From Stramenopiles sp. TOSAG23-2 (Eukaryota): a stretch of 49,847 bases of DNA. Where the stretch lies: the NCBI GenBank assembly GCA_900128395.1, contig LT649270.1, positions 1 through 49,847 of the forward strand, read 5' to 3'. Below the pieces are notes generated by a model. That model made no database searches and was not told the origin of the DNA. It worked only from the letters and a program-made list of their open reading frames with translations. The translations under genes were made by a program, and so were the position numbers. This document shows, one piece after another, positions 10,461 through 23,900 of this stretch. The first letter of the stretch is position 1; each line of letters begins with the position of its first letter.

Positions 10461-13229
10461 ATGGCAGAGCAACCAAGTTTACCAAGTGAAGAACAAAACC
10501 AACTGCCACCACAACCACCAACGGAACAACAAGAAGATGGCATGATGGGAAATACCATGGAAGATGACGAAGATGTAATGATTGACGAGGATGAGGAGGA
10601 AGAGGAACAAGATGAAGAAGAATTGTATGAGCAAATACGAAACATGATGGAAAATCCAGTAATTCAACCAATCCAGGAAGCGTTGAAAAAACAATTATTG
10701 GAAGCAGACTTACGTGTATCCGCAGATTTACGTGATAAAATAGCAGAGTTAAAAGAAGCAAAGGAACAACGTGAATTGACTGGTGTCGAATTATATGGAG
10801 TACAACAACAATTGGCAAAATTGCAAATGGAGTTAGAAAACAAGCATAATACGTTAAACATCGTGACAAATATCAGGCAAAAAGCAGAAGATGACTTAAA
10901 AGTATTAAAAGATAAGCTAGCAGAAGCAGAAATGTTATATAAAAATGAAAATGAAAAAGTTAAAAAAAATAAAGATGATTTACAACAGTTGGAGCAAACC
11001 TTAAGGCAAGTGCAAGAATATAACGAAGAATTGAAAGGTGAAGTTGCTGTGACAAGACGTGCAACGTATAAAGCTGAAGAAACAGTAGTGAATATGGAGA
11101 AAAGGAAAGGAGAGCAAGATATTTACATTGATAATTTAAATGAAACGTTGAAAAATTTACACGAACAATTAGCTTTATTCGAAGCTCAGTTGACATCCCA
11201 GCAACAAGAAACCAATGCTGCTGTCGAAACATTGAGAGATGCTGGCAGTGAAATGGAAACTATTGAATTTGAAAAGAAACAATTGATGCAACAATGGAAA
11301 TCGAGTTTGATTGGCATACAACGCAGAGATGAAGCGTTGACCGCTACCCAAACTGCTATTAGTGAACAACAAGAGGAGGAGAAGAATTCACGTGCTGAAA
11401 TTGATGGTTATAAAAAAGCAATACGTGGGGAGCAAGCTGTTAATGAACGTTTAGTTGGCGTTACGAACAAGTTGGATGGCGAAGCGCAATGGATGAATGA
11501 GAAAGTTAAAAAGTTCAACGATGAACGTGCAACGTTGGAAGAGCGTTACAATTTGTTAAAGACATCGTTGGAGCAGACTGAAACGCAATTTGCACAGTTA
11601 GATATTAATTACGAAGCAGTTGTCGTACAAATTGGTGGTTTAGATAAAAATTTAGAAGCAGTTAGCCGTGAACGCAAAAAATTGGAGCAAGATGCATTGG
11701 CAAAGAGAGCAGAGCAATTGACGCATAGCAAAGCTGCGAAAAATTTAGCAAAAGAAGCATTAGCAATACAAAGCAAAATTCACGGAAAAGAAGGAGAGGA
11801 AAGCAATATACATAATGAAATGGCACGTATACGTGTTGATACGTTGAATACCAAAGCACATAATGTTCAATTGAAAGAAACATTGACAAAATTATTGGAT
11901 GATTTGAAAGACAAAGATAAATTAATTGAAAAATATGAAATGGAAATTAGGCAAAGAAATGATAGTATTGAAAAGAAAATGGCTATGGTAGATCGTTTAA
12001 ATCGTAAATACGAAAAGTTAGTTGCTGGTGAACCTGAAGAAGAGAATTTAGGACCATTGGAAGCTACTATTAAACATATCGGCAAAGAGACTGAGCGATT
12101 TAGGGAAGAAAATGGAGAGATTCAAAAGCGATGGTTAACCGCTCAAACATCATTAGTGAGCACTACGGAAGATTTGCATAAAGTGACTGGCATCTCCTCG
12201 CAATTAGCTAGTGAAGAAGCTATTTTGAACCAAAAACAAATACGAACCGATCGTAATATTGTCGCAGAGGAAAAAATGGTAGCAAAGTTGCAAACAGATA
12301 TTCGTGCATTGCATCAAGATTTGCAACGTTTAAACGATTTAGTATCTAAAAATGAAGCGTTGCAAAGCTCCTTGGCAAATGAAAATTATGCCATGGAAAC
12401 GGAATTTATTAATGAATTGAAAGAAATGGAGGAGGAAAGCATTGCTATGGATCGAAAAATCAAAGCATTGAAAGAGGAAAAACAGGAATTGTTAAAGGAC
12501 ATAGTGGAAAGTGAGCGACAATTATTATTGTGGGAAAAGAAAATTCAGTTGGAAAAAGAAACTCAAGCAGCGTTAGATCCAGATGTTGGTATGGCAGAAA
12601 GTCGTGCCATGGAACGTGAAATACATCGTATGAGAATAAGATACGAAGCAATCGCACGAGATCAAGCCCGCATGGTAAGCGAAATGGAACGTGCTATTTA
12701 TAAACGGGAAGCTATTACTAATAAATATAAAAAGCCAAAAAACCAAGGGAAAGGACATGGCAAAGATGACGACCGCGTCACGGTTGCCGAGTTAAAAAAG
12801 AAACATAAAGGAATGAGACGTAATATGAAAAAAATCCAACGTGATATTAAGCAACATGAAGCTTTAGTTACTGAAAAAATGTCACAAATGGAGGAAATGG
12901 GCGTTGATTTGGAAAAATTAAGTGCGGAATATAGCAAAATGGAAGATTCTGCAAATGAAATGCAGCAAAATATCAATAATGCATTATATGAAAAACAACG
13001 TTTGTTGGACAAAGTGCAAAAAAATCAACGTTTATTAGATCGATATAATAAAGCACGATTAGGACAAACAGCACCATTGTTAGAAGAAGATAATGAGCGT
13101 GTTGAAGAGGACCTCACTCGTGAAATCAAAGCAAGGGAAGCTGTACAAGGTATAATCGAACAATTGTCTGGACAACATAGTCATTTAGGTGAAGTATTAG
13201 GTAGAGTTATGAAATTGACGGAGGTGTAA
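10461..13229 (+). CDS. CCDC40: Coiled-coil domain-containing protein 40 (axonemal 96-nm ruler subunit, FAP172)
   Basis: Acidic N-terminus followed by a long coiled coil with CCDC40 hallmark segments GVELYGVQQQLAKLQ, EKKQLMQQWKSSLIGIQRRDEAL, LLLWEKKIQLEKE and MEREIHRM. Confidence 0.9.
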   Translation: MAEQPSLPSEEQNQLPPQPPTEQQEDGMMGNTMEDDEDVMIDEDEEEEEQDEEELYEQIRNMMENPVIQPIQEALKKQLLEADLRVSADLRDKIAELKEAKEQRELTGVELYGVQQQLAKLQMELENKHNTLNIVTNIRQKAEDDLKVLKDKLAEAEMLYKNENEKVKKNKDDLQQLEQTLRQVQEYNEELKGEVAVTRRATYKAEETVVNMEKRKGEQDIYIDNLNETLKNLHEQLALFEAQLTSQQQETNAAVETLRDAGSEMETIEFEKKQLMQQWKSSLIGIQRRDEALTATQTAISEQQEEEKNSRAEIDGYKKAIRGEQAVNERLVGVTNKLDGEAQWMNEKVKKFNDERATLEERYNLLKTSLEQTETQFAQLDINYEAVVVQIGGLDKNLEAVSRERKKLEQDALAKRAEQLTHSKAAKNLAKEALAIQSKIHGKEGEESNIHNEMARIRVDTLNTKAHNVQLKETLTKLLDDLKDKDKLIEKYEMEIRQRNDSIEKKMAMVDRLNRKYEKLVAGEPEEENLGPLEATIKHIGKETERFREENGEIQKRWLTAQTSLVSTTEDLHKVTGISSQLASEEAILNQKQIRTDRNIVAEEKMVAKLQTDIRALHQDLQRLNDLVSKNEALQSSLANENYAMETEFINELKEMEEESIAMDRKIKALKEEKQELLKDIVESERQLLLWEKKIQLEKETQAALDPDVGMAESRAMEREIHRMRIRYEAIARDQARMVSEMERAIYKREAITNKYKKPKNQGKGHGKDDDRVTVAELKKKHKGMRRNMKKIQRDIKQHEALVTEKMSQMEEMGVDLEKLSAEYSKMEDSANEMQQNINNALYEKQRLLDKVQKNQRLLDRYNKARLGQTAPLLEEDNERVEEDLTREIKAREAVQGIIEQLSGQHSHLGEVLGRVMKLTEV

Positions 13230-13283
13230 AAGTAAAATAAAAAAGATTCCCCGCATTTTTTTAATATTATATATTATGTGTTT

Positions 13284-13430
13284 TGTGTTTTTCTCTTACT
13301 CATATGTTATATAAAATTCTTTTACTCCCGTTTATTAACCTCTCAAATCAAAAATGTGTAAGAGAACATTTTATATATATATATGTGTGTATAAAAATAT
13401 TATAACTTCAAGATTTTAACCATCATTTTA
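13284..13430. repeat. Dispersed repeat family, copy 1
   Basis: 13284-13356 matches 36113-36185 (73 bp, one mismatch). The segment taacttcaagattttaaccatcatttt resembles ~36411-36436 and ~49539-49566. Confidence 0.85.
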
Positions 13431-13512
13431 TTATATATATGTGTCAATATTAAAAATATATTAATTTTTACGAACCTTCTTCGTATTTTATAACCATCAT
13501 GTATTAATTATT

Positions 13513-16500
13513 TTAGATAGTAGCCATTTCATCCCTCACTTCCTCTAACTCTTCCATTAATTGTATTTTTTTTTCGAGTATATCCTCATTGATTTCTCGC
13601 GTAGTACCATCTTCATCGATATAACTGAATGTTCCATCATCATGCTCGTGTATGGTTAATTGGCCATACGAAATACCTGTATTAATATTGCGACTTTTTG
13701 CATTCAGATTATGCACCCTAAACTGTTTATACTCTTTAAGTGCTTTTTTTGTAATTGTATATTTTTTCAACTTATCCTTGATGTTTGCCAATTTTTGCAT
13801 CCTTTCATCTTTTTCCTTTTGCTTTTTAGCTATAATGAATTTAGTTTTTCTCTTTTTTTTCCTTAGTTTTTTGTTAACCATCCATTTTATCATAGCACTT
13901 TGTATATTATTATACCTCACCGCGTCCTTTCCTGCAGTTGGTTTTTTATTTAAGTTCGCCCATTCTTTCTTTTTAATTTTTCGCTTTGGTGTCCTTGTTT
14001 CAATACCTTCATAGCCTATAATTCTTCTAGCTGTTATCATATTCACCATCATGTTATCTGCTTTTGTAGCTATTACTTTAGTCCGCTTGCCATCGTTGTA
14101 TACGGTAGACCAAAATAAAATACGTCTGATAGTTTCATCTTCACTCAATGGATTAGACGTATAACAAGTACTAGTATCGTAAACTATGCATGGTTTTGAC
14201 TCCTCATACTCTTTATTAAAAAAACGAGTTGGAAAGAAGTTTAAATGACACAATAAATTTGTACATAGTACTTTTCTATCAATAAATTTAGTAGGACTTT
14301 CACCGGAAGGATTAAACATGTGATTTGCTAAAGCTTTAACATCTTTTACACCTAAAATGTCTGCCAGGCGAAGATTCAACAAACTCTTTGTCAAAAAAGA
14401 ATCTGCTTGAATTAATGCTACTCGTACTAATGGTACTGCGATTTGTGGTGATTGAATTGGATTTGCTATGCTTAATTTGTCACGAAAATTTAGGTAATAT
14501 TTGCGATTTGCTTCAAGGTACATCATGGCGAGAAAGTGTAGAAATGAATCTTTTGGTTTCTCCTCTGGTACAGGTTCTTCCTCCTTCACGACAATTGCAA
14601 CTTTTTTTTCTTTGTGTTTTGTATTTCTTCTCTTCTTTTTCTTTGGAGAAATTGGCTTCGAGGGACGCAATGGAGCATTCGCCTCAGTTGGGTACCTCAT
14701 GGTGAACAGCTTATTTGTATCCAAAACGGACCATGGTGTTTCCAATAAAATCCTTCTTTCAAGTTCGTGTAATTGTACATTATTAAATTGCGGGAAAAAA
14801 CGTCCAAAGGAAGCAATCACATTTTTCTTCCAGACAATACCTTGCCCATAATGACCTTCCATCAAGCTTATTTGATTTATGTGTTTACGATAAGCAGCAA
14901 ATAATGATTTTTGACCGATCTCAATTTGCTGCGGAACTTGACATGTTAACACATAATAAAAGGTGCGTATACGGACATCATATAAAAATTGTGTACATGC
15001 ATATAATAAGCTTGCTCCCCACGTGCCAATATACCGTTTGTTTTTATTTGGATATTTACTTCGAAAAAACGAGTGAACAATTGCTTCCATATTATTCAAA
15101 TTTTGATCGTTCTGAACAACTGATGCAATAACATCTGCATGGATGCTTTCCTCCTTATGAATGTTTGCACCCTCCATTATTGGTTTTAAAATGTTTTGAA
15201 AATTATATATTTCCTCTATTAACTCTAACAATTCATCAATTGTGCCAATTGGTATTATTTCCAATAAGCGACTGACGTCTTGTAACACGTTCTTATTTCC
15301 TTTTTTGTTACTTAATATGTCACTTTTTCTTCCTTTCTTCTGGTTATTTATGGTAATATTGGAATTGCTGCTGTTATTGTTTTCAACAAGTGTAGCATTT
15401 TCATGATCTGATGTATTCAGAAAATGTTCTTCTTTTTCGTCATTCTCTATTTGTTTTAAAAAGGCTTTATCAGCAGGCAATATATTTTTGGCTAAAGTTT
15501 CAACATCAACAACTTGTAAATATCTAGGTAATTCATAGCGGCCTATTATTTTGGCATATTTTTTTGTCACACCATTTTTTAAATTTAATTTTGTAATTTT
15601 CAATGTGTGTAAACCATGTTTTTTTGCTCGTTTGTCATCACTAATTATTTTTTCAGCAACTTCATCTAAAATTGCTTTTTCTTTTTTATATGCATTAATA
15701 TATTCATAATAATTTTCTCTTAAGCTAATGGATTCATTTGCTAATGTTATTGTTTTAGTAAAAGCCGATAAGGATGCCATCATGTCGACGAAATCACTAG
15801 TGCCAGGTTGATTTCCCAGCAACATTGCAAAATCCATTTGAATTCGCAACAAACGTGTACGTTGACTATTTTTATGCAGCAAAATATATAATTTACGAAA
15901 AATACCAGATAGGAGGCCACTTGAATTTATTTCTTCTGTGACAATATCTCCAGTACGAGCAGTTAACTGTTCGAGATCATTTGCCAATTTTATGAATTTC
16001 TTCTTTACAACTTTTAATACAGTGTCCTCGTCTAATATTGGTCGTGGTGTATGTGTCTCCCGCATAGTGTATAACTCTACAGTTGAATTTTCTTGATCTT
16101 CATACATTTTAACTATATTACAATCAGTAACAGATGCTTTTTTTGAGTCACTTTCAAATTCATTGAATAAATTTTCATAAGTTGTTTTCAACTCCTTTAG
16201 ATAAGCTTTTTTACTTTCTAGCTCTTCTTGTATTTTATTATATTCGTCTAATGTGAACATGCGGCGTTGGTCTAATTCCAGTTGCTTTTTTAAATTTTGC
16301 GCCTCATATATTTGATCATGCAATGCAAACGAATTTTGCTCAAATGCTTCTGCTCGTGATTTTGAAGTATGTGCCGACTATTACATTCCAGTGAAAGGAT
16401 TATTGAAAATGTGAAAAAATATTTGTTAGTGTTATGGGGGGAAAATAAAATAAAAATAAAAAAGGATCATGTTTATATTAGTAGAACTTACTTCTTCTTT

Positions 16501-17208
16501 TTCCATTGCTTGTTCAAATATCAAACGTTGCTCTTCTGTAGCTTCTTTTGTCCGTATTCTTGCCCTTTCTATAGACGCTTTTAATTCCCGTATGTGTTTA
16601 TTAATTTGCTCAACACGTAATGCTGTCGACAGAGTATCCATTTTTTTATTATTTAATTTCTTTTTTATGATGTCATTTTCTTTTTCTAAAATTAAACATG
16701 TTTTTTTAACTTTTCCAACATGGTTATTCAAAGATAATTCAATTCCTTTCAGAACATCTTTGTAAGTTATTAACAATGGAGCATCTTTATAATACATTGC
16801 TTTCTCCATTGTATCGCAAATGTAAGAGATAAGCTGTTTCAATTTATGTGAATAAATTCGTTTCACTTGCTTACGCAGTATTTCTATTGCATTGGTTGCT
16901 TGTATGGATGGTGTTATATGTACTGGTGTTGGTATTCTTACATTTTGAGATGCAGTTTTCGTCATTGTTGGCGAATTGTGCTGAATTGGCGAAATATTTG
17001 TTATACGCTGTGGTGGACTACAAGGACTACTCTTACTGTTCTTGCCCATGTTATATTTATCATTATCATTGCTTCCTGGTAAAGGTGGATATTTAAAAGG
17101 TGGTGGTGATGATGGTGTATAAAAACGCACAGGACTACGTTTTTCTTTTAAAGTTACTAATCCTTCAATGTGTGATGATATGAATTTTTTATGACGATTA
17201 GTTGCCAT
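13513..17208 (-). CDS. Two-exon protein of about 1190 aa, TSNAXIP1-like (coiled coil plus conserved helical domain)
   Basis: Exon 17208-16492 and exon 16377-13513 join in phase 0 across a GTAAGT...CTAAC...TAG intron at 16378-16491. The segment FFRSKY...WGASLLYACTQFLYDVRIRTFYYVLTCQVP resembles the TSNAXIP1 C-terminal region (recalled similarity, not searched). Confidence 0.7.
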
Positions 17209-18418
17209 AATATATCGATTTGTAGATAATATATTTGGAACTTTTATGGCTATGTACGATGAACTAATTGTGAAAAGGTTTTAAATTAACGAATATATCG
17301 AAATGGTATATTAAGTATATAAATGTATTCATTAATTTTAATATTATTATAGAAAGTAAGTAATATATATATATATATATCTAATAAGCACCTGGGTAGC
17401 ACATGGTATTAGTACCAGGTATAGTCCTGGTGGTATTAATAAATAAAAGAAGTATAACACTGGAATAATTAGTGAAGAAGAAGAATTTTCAAAAAAATGT
17501 ACTAAAAAAAAAATGCTGTGATCCAAGCCCAGGCAAGTTCAGTTAAAGGTAAAACTGTTATATAACATATTTTAAGTATATGTATACTGTATACTAATAT
17601 TCCTATTTGATGTTAGGAAAGGTTCATCTCCCAAATCTAAATCCACCCAAGTCCTACCAATCACCACCCACACGAAAAAAATAATTCTCAATATTTTTGG
17701 GATATAGTCAGAATACAATTTTTGTTACTCTTATATTATGCATCTGGGTGTACTTACCTGAGATACCAAGCTCTGTTGGATCATGTAGCAACAGACTTGG
17801 CCTTGGAGAACTGCCTCAGCACATTGCAGTTTGAAAAGGTCGGATTATCATCCGATTTCCATTTTTTGGACACCCCTGGATTTCTTCGGAATTCCTACCA
17901 CAACAACAAATAATGACATTGATACAGTATTATATACATCACTTGTGTTGGTACTACAGACGACAGTAGTAGTTTAAGCGAAAAATTGATACCAGAAAAG
18001 AAAACAAAATATCGGATATTTCTAGAAAGATTAATTCAAAATGAAGCCCAGTCGGTTGATTCTCTCTGATTTTGTGGATCAAAATTTCGTTTCCTCCTCC
18101 CTTTTACAGTTGCAATCATAAGTCCACAAATTTCCTGCTATTTAAATGCTAATAGAAATTAGCAGGCACATACCATTATTAAAAGAGTGAGATGTACTGG
18201 TAACACGGTACATCAGTAGTGATGCACTGATATACTATTAAATATATATATCTATATATATATATGTACTCCATCAAAATATAATATTATTTTATACATA
18301 TATATTAATAATCACATAGATATTTAATACAACTTCAATATTTTACTATATATTATAATATATAGACCAAGAAAGAAAATCTTCGTCTGAGTAGAATATT
18401 CGATCAGGTTTATATATC

Positions 18419-20216
18419 ATGTTTTCAAAGGTATCAAGGAAACCGGTGCAATTGTCAAAAGAGGAAATTGCTAGGATTTTACAAAATACTCAACCTCAAG
18501 GCTCTCCAGCATCTTTACCAGTATCTGAAGCCAATAATGTAGATAAAAAAAATATCGGTGTTGTATCATCACCGCAACCTCCTGCTGCACCATCATCACG
18601 TGCAAATTATAAAATGACTATGACTCCACCAAGGAAAAAGGACAATATTAATTGTAGGTATGAAGATAATGTTGATAATAATGGAAATAATAATAATAAT
18701 GGAAATAATAATAATAAGAAGAAGAAGAACTGCAACACTGCAGGTGTATCTTCGGAAGAGGAGGAAGAAGAAGATGCATCTCCATATAAAAATACGACGC
18801 ACCCGAACAACCATCGTACTGCTAAACTTGTTCGCGATCGCTCATTGTGTAAATCATTATCTCCTACACGCTCGCCAAAAATGGCTGGGATCAAAAATGT
18901 TATAGGTGAACCTGCCATTGATAGTTTGCCACATTTATCGTTGGATATGCCTCGAAATGTATCCAGGCCCGTTGCTCGTCGCCGTGTACGTTTGACATCT
19001 GATGATATACAATTAGAAAAATTAGCTTTAGCCGGGAACAATGAATATTTAATACCTCAACCGAATCGAACGCGTGGGCTTTCATCTCCAGCAAGAGTTT
19101 CCGATAATCAATTTGCACAGAAAGTAGGAACATCGAATGTTTCCAGAAAGGAACAAAGTGATGGTAATAGTAATAATAACAATCAAAATGAATTTAAATC
19201 GAGTCAACTTATACGTCAAAACAGTTATACAAAATTGACATTATTGGGTCGCAAAGAAGGAAAAGCACCACTAGTTCTAAAGCAGTTAAGTTCCGAAAGT
19301 AGCTGTGATAATAGTGAGTTTGAAGCAAATCGAAATGGCTCGACTGGAGGCAGCACTGCAAATTCAGCCGCTGGATATAGTGCAGCAGTTGCCTCAATGA
19401 CTATTGAAATACGTGTATTGCAAAAATTAGCTAAAGTACCATATGTATGTCATTTAAAAAAGAATTATATTGATCGACGTGGAATTCGTTGCATGGTAAT
19501 GGAATATGCAGAAGGTGGAAATATGTTAGAGTGGTTACGAATGGTACGTAATTTTAATTGAAAATGTTTATAGATTCTTAGTGTCCTCATTTTTATTTTT
19601 AATTTTTTTGCTAACATGTGTTGTTTTTTTTTTTTCCCCTTTGTACTTATGATAGAATGGAGGATTTCCTGAACAGATCGTCCAAGTTTTTGTTGCACAG
19701 CTTGTAATTGCCCTACAATATTTACATACAAACAATATCGCCCATCGTGATTTAAAACCTGAAAATATATTAATGAAAGGTCAAAAAGGTGTCCAAATTA
19801 GTGATTTTGGCTTAGCAATTGATAATGTCACGGAATACGATGGTGCGCCTGCTGAGACATGTTGTGGCACTTTAGAATATATGGCACCAGAAGTTGCACG
19901 AGGAGAAAATCATGGTTATGCTGTTGATTGTTGGAGCTTAGGAGCAGTTGTTTATGAAATGATCAGTGGTGTACCATTATTTTTAAGTGGCACGATGGCA
20001 CCATTAGAATTGATATTAACAATTCAACGTGCTGACTATTATATACCAAACGAAGCAAGAATATCCAAAAATGCATTGAAGTTAATCAAAAGTTTTTTAG
20101 AAAAAGATAAAACGAAACGTTTACCAGTCAATGACATTGATAATTCCATTCCATTTTTCCATGGCATTAATTTTAATGCATTAGAAGCTGCTGGTATACC
20201 ACCCGAACATGATTAA
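18419..20216 (+). CDS. Ser/Thr protein kinase (AGC/CAMK-like C-lobe), 2 exons, about 561 aa
   Basis: Intron 19544-19655 (GTACGT...CTAAC...TAG) joins MEYAEGG...LRM to NGGFPE...HRDLKPEN, DFG, CGTLEYMAPE and DCWSLG in frame. Long disordered N-terminus. Confidence 0.9.
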
Positions 20217-20966
20217 ACAAAAGTTGTTGTGTGCTAAAATATGATTTTGATGAAATTTGTATTATGAATACCTGATGTGCTGCGCGAGCGTGTATGTATA
20301 TATAAAATTGTGAAATATTTTAAATTTGAATTTAAAATTTATACGCGTTTTCGTATTATATTTTATATCCATTATGGATATATACAAACGTAGACTAAAA
20401 TGTTGTTGTGCATTTATTATACATTTTGTATAAAAAATACCAGGTATTATCATACTAAGTGCCTAAATCTATTTACAAAAGTACATTTGCACAGGTTGTG
20501 TGTATACCAGGTATATATACTAATATATCTAAAATCTACTATCTGAATTTGCGCGGGGATTATTAAGATGGACATAGTAGGATTGACTTCTATAAAACCA
20601 CACAGTATTAGTAACATCTTCAATAACAGGTATTATCATTCTACTTATAATATCAATTCACATCATCACAACCAATAATATATAATATACCAATACCACC
20701 ACACACCACCACATACATAATAATAATTTTTATGATTCATCATTCAAAAAACATCTAAAAGTAAAATAAATGATTATCTCATATTGAAAACAAAAAAGAC
20801 ATACAATGATATCAATAATCATCTCATTGATCTAATAGTATCATTCATATATTATATTATAGTATAGTTCTCATATACCAATAGATATCCCACCACCCCC
20901 CTGTCCCCTTCTTCCTTCGTGTTTTCTCTTTTTGTTTCAAAAGGTATTATTATTATTATCATAACA

Positions 20967-23900
20967 ATGTCAACAACGACGCCAATTACGCAAAGTAAAA
21001 GAAAACGTCGTACTAGAGGTCAAGAAGCGCGCGAACGAGAGGAGAAACGACAAAAAATTGCCGACACAGTAGAAGGTCAAAATTTGATAGGAGCTTGTTT
21101 CGATAAAAGATTTATTGGTTACGGCACTTGGACTGCAACGATTGATGAGTTTAATTCAAGTACGAAGCTGTATACTTGTCGGTATGTTGATGGGTACACG
21201 GAACACCATACGCGGCAAGCGTTAAGAAAATATGGATTATTTAGACCGAAAGACGGTGAAGTTGTGGAACCAAATACGAATCCAGACGAACACCCAGCTT
21301 TATACGTACCGCGTAGCCAAGGAGGCACGGGTTTAAGCAATAGTAATAGCGACAGTACCCCAGTTGCTCCTGTGACGACGTCAAATGACACTGCCACATC
21401 ATCATCATCAACGACAACGACGACGACTTCTGCATCTTCTTCCTCATCTGGAACAACAGCAACGACGACGACAAATAATAATAACAATAATAATAGCAAC
21501 TCTGATTCCATTCCAACCGCATCGCTCGCAAATGCACAAAGAAATAATGAAATATTACTCTCTGATAGTGATGATGAAAAAAATGATGAAAATGGTGATG
21601 ATGTAGTAATATTAAGCAGTACAAGCAACAATAACAATAATAATAGTGGCGTTGTAGTTGATTTGACTTCAGATAATGATGATGATGGAGCAACAGCACG
21701 TACGGCGGCGACAACAACAACTACAACTACTACCACCACGACTAGTGCAAAAAAAAGAAAAGCGACATCAAAGCCAAAAGCAAGGAAAAAAGGAAAAGGG
21801 AGTACTGCTGTTGATAAAGATGACCTGGTTGATGTGAAACCAGAACCGGTTGCATTCGGCATGGCAGATATTCCACCAGATGTTATAGAACTTTCAGAAG
21901 CAGATTTTTACGGTCCGGAAGAATGGGCAAAAATGCAGTATGCGAAAACTGGTATAAACAGTGCTAGCAATAGTAAAGTGTCAAGTAAAAAAAGCAAATC
22001 CAAGAATAATAATAATAATGATGATGATGATGATATTGTTTTTATTAGTTCAACGGATAATACATCTAGTTACGAATTACCACATGCTAGAAAAGATTGC
22101 CCAGTTCATAAGTATCAACCCCATTTTAGGACACAAGATTTTGAAACTGTCGATAGGGATACGCCAGCACAAAAGAAAAAACGCCGCTTACAAAATATGA
22201 AATGTTGCGACAAATGTTACTGCATGATTTGCGAAACCCCTGCAAAGGAATGTAAGTGGTGGTCAATCGCTACTAAACCGCATTGCATTGCAGTGCTTAA
22301 AGGGTTTGACTCAAATTATTGGAAAGAGCAAAAGGTAGTATTATCAAATATTTTTCTTCGTACTCAAGGCACACTATCAGCTAACGCGAAGTCTGATATG
22401 AGAGAAACTATCTCATCTGTTAAACGCATCTTTGATAAGTATCATAAAGGAGAGGAGGTTTACGAGTATGATGATGATAGTGACGATGACTATGGCTTCT
22501 TTGGATTTTTGCGAGGGCGGTCACGACGATTTGATCATGTGTCACATGACTTTGATAATGTTGTATATGCTTGTGAGGAATACATCCGTAAAATTGAGAA
22601 CAGTTTTCGAAATTATCATATGTCTGAAACACAATCTACAATAGTTCACGGTATAGCAATATTGGATGCAATGACAGAGCAAATTGGCCGTCAAACATGG
22701 AGCCCGTTGCAAAATGAAGTCAGTTGCTCCGATGATAAATGGGACAAAAATGCCGAGAAAAAATATGAAAAGTTAGTTTTAAAATTAGGAAAACAATGGT
22801 TCCGTATAATCAAACCAGATTTTTATAAAACAGAATCAGAAAAAAAAAAATCTTCAACTTCTTCTGCTATTGCCAAGGTGCCTGTCGGAAAATGCCTTTT
22901 ATCAACATCAAACTTAAGTGTGCGCTTGAATATGATGCCACCCCATTGTAAACATGCTGTTTCAAAATTAGGCCTTAATATTCATTTCCAAAATCGGACA
23001 TCGTCTAAATTGAAATGTGCACACCCAAGCTGCAAAATTCAATATACGAAATACCAATATAAAGACGTAACACCAAACAGTGGTGAGCAGATGAGGGCGC
23101 GGCAAATGGCTTATGTTGCTGGAAAAACTGAAATTGTGGTGAAGCAAGAGCTTTTAGATCGCTTAAAACTGCGCTTGAAAGATTTATTAAATGTTACGAA
23201 AACTGCAAGCATGCGCGACATGATACAAGCATTACTATTTGATACAAGTGCTTTAGATGTTATCAAGAGGGGCGAATTTGCACCATATCGTGCTCCGGGA
23301 AATTCTTCTGTTATACCAGAATTTTATACATCGATCGCGCTTGAACAAGGTCGAGTTCAATTTGCTATTCAACAAATATTAGCATCAAGGAAATCGTCGA
23401 TGTCTTTAATTTTTTCTAATTTTTCTTGTATGACCAAATTTAGAAGATATTGGGATTTTGTGACTGCTGGTTGTTTAGCACGAGAGTTATCCGTAAAGGA
23501 TACCGGTCATATTAAAAGAGCATTGCAACGACGTTCGCCGTCAGTACCACCTGCAACTCTAGAAGTGGCAGAATATCTAATGGGACTGCGCCTTTTTTTC
23601 GGTAAAATGACTGAACGACACGATAAAGCTAATGCTGCAAATACGATTAATTTAATCAATGAAGGGGGTACTCGTGGTAGTGGCAGCAGTAACAGCAGTA
23701 ATAGTAGCAGCAATGACAATAACGACAACAATAGTAATGGTAAAGGGCAAGCCATGGAATTATCAGCCACATTTAAACAAAAAAGATTAGGTTTAGAAAT
23801 TTACGCAGGCCCATTTGGCCGCGTATATGTTACCAAAAAAGCCGAAGGATTTACTTCAAATGAACCAAGCGATCATGATGCAAGGGGCAAAATTAAACCA

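Noticed and set aside
20919-20966. GTG start for the 1779 aa ORF
   Set aside because: Eukaryotic gene; the ATG at 20967 in an A-rich context is more plausible.
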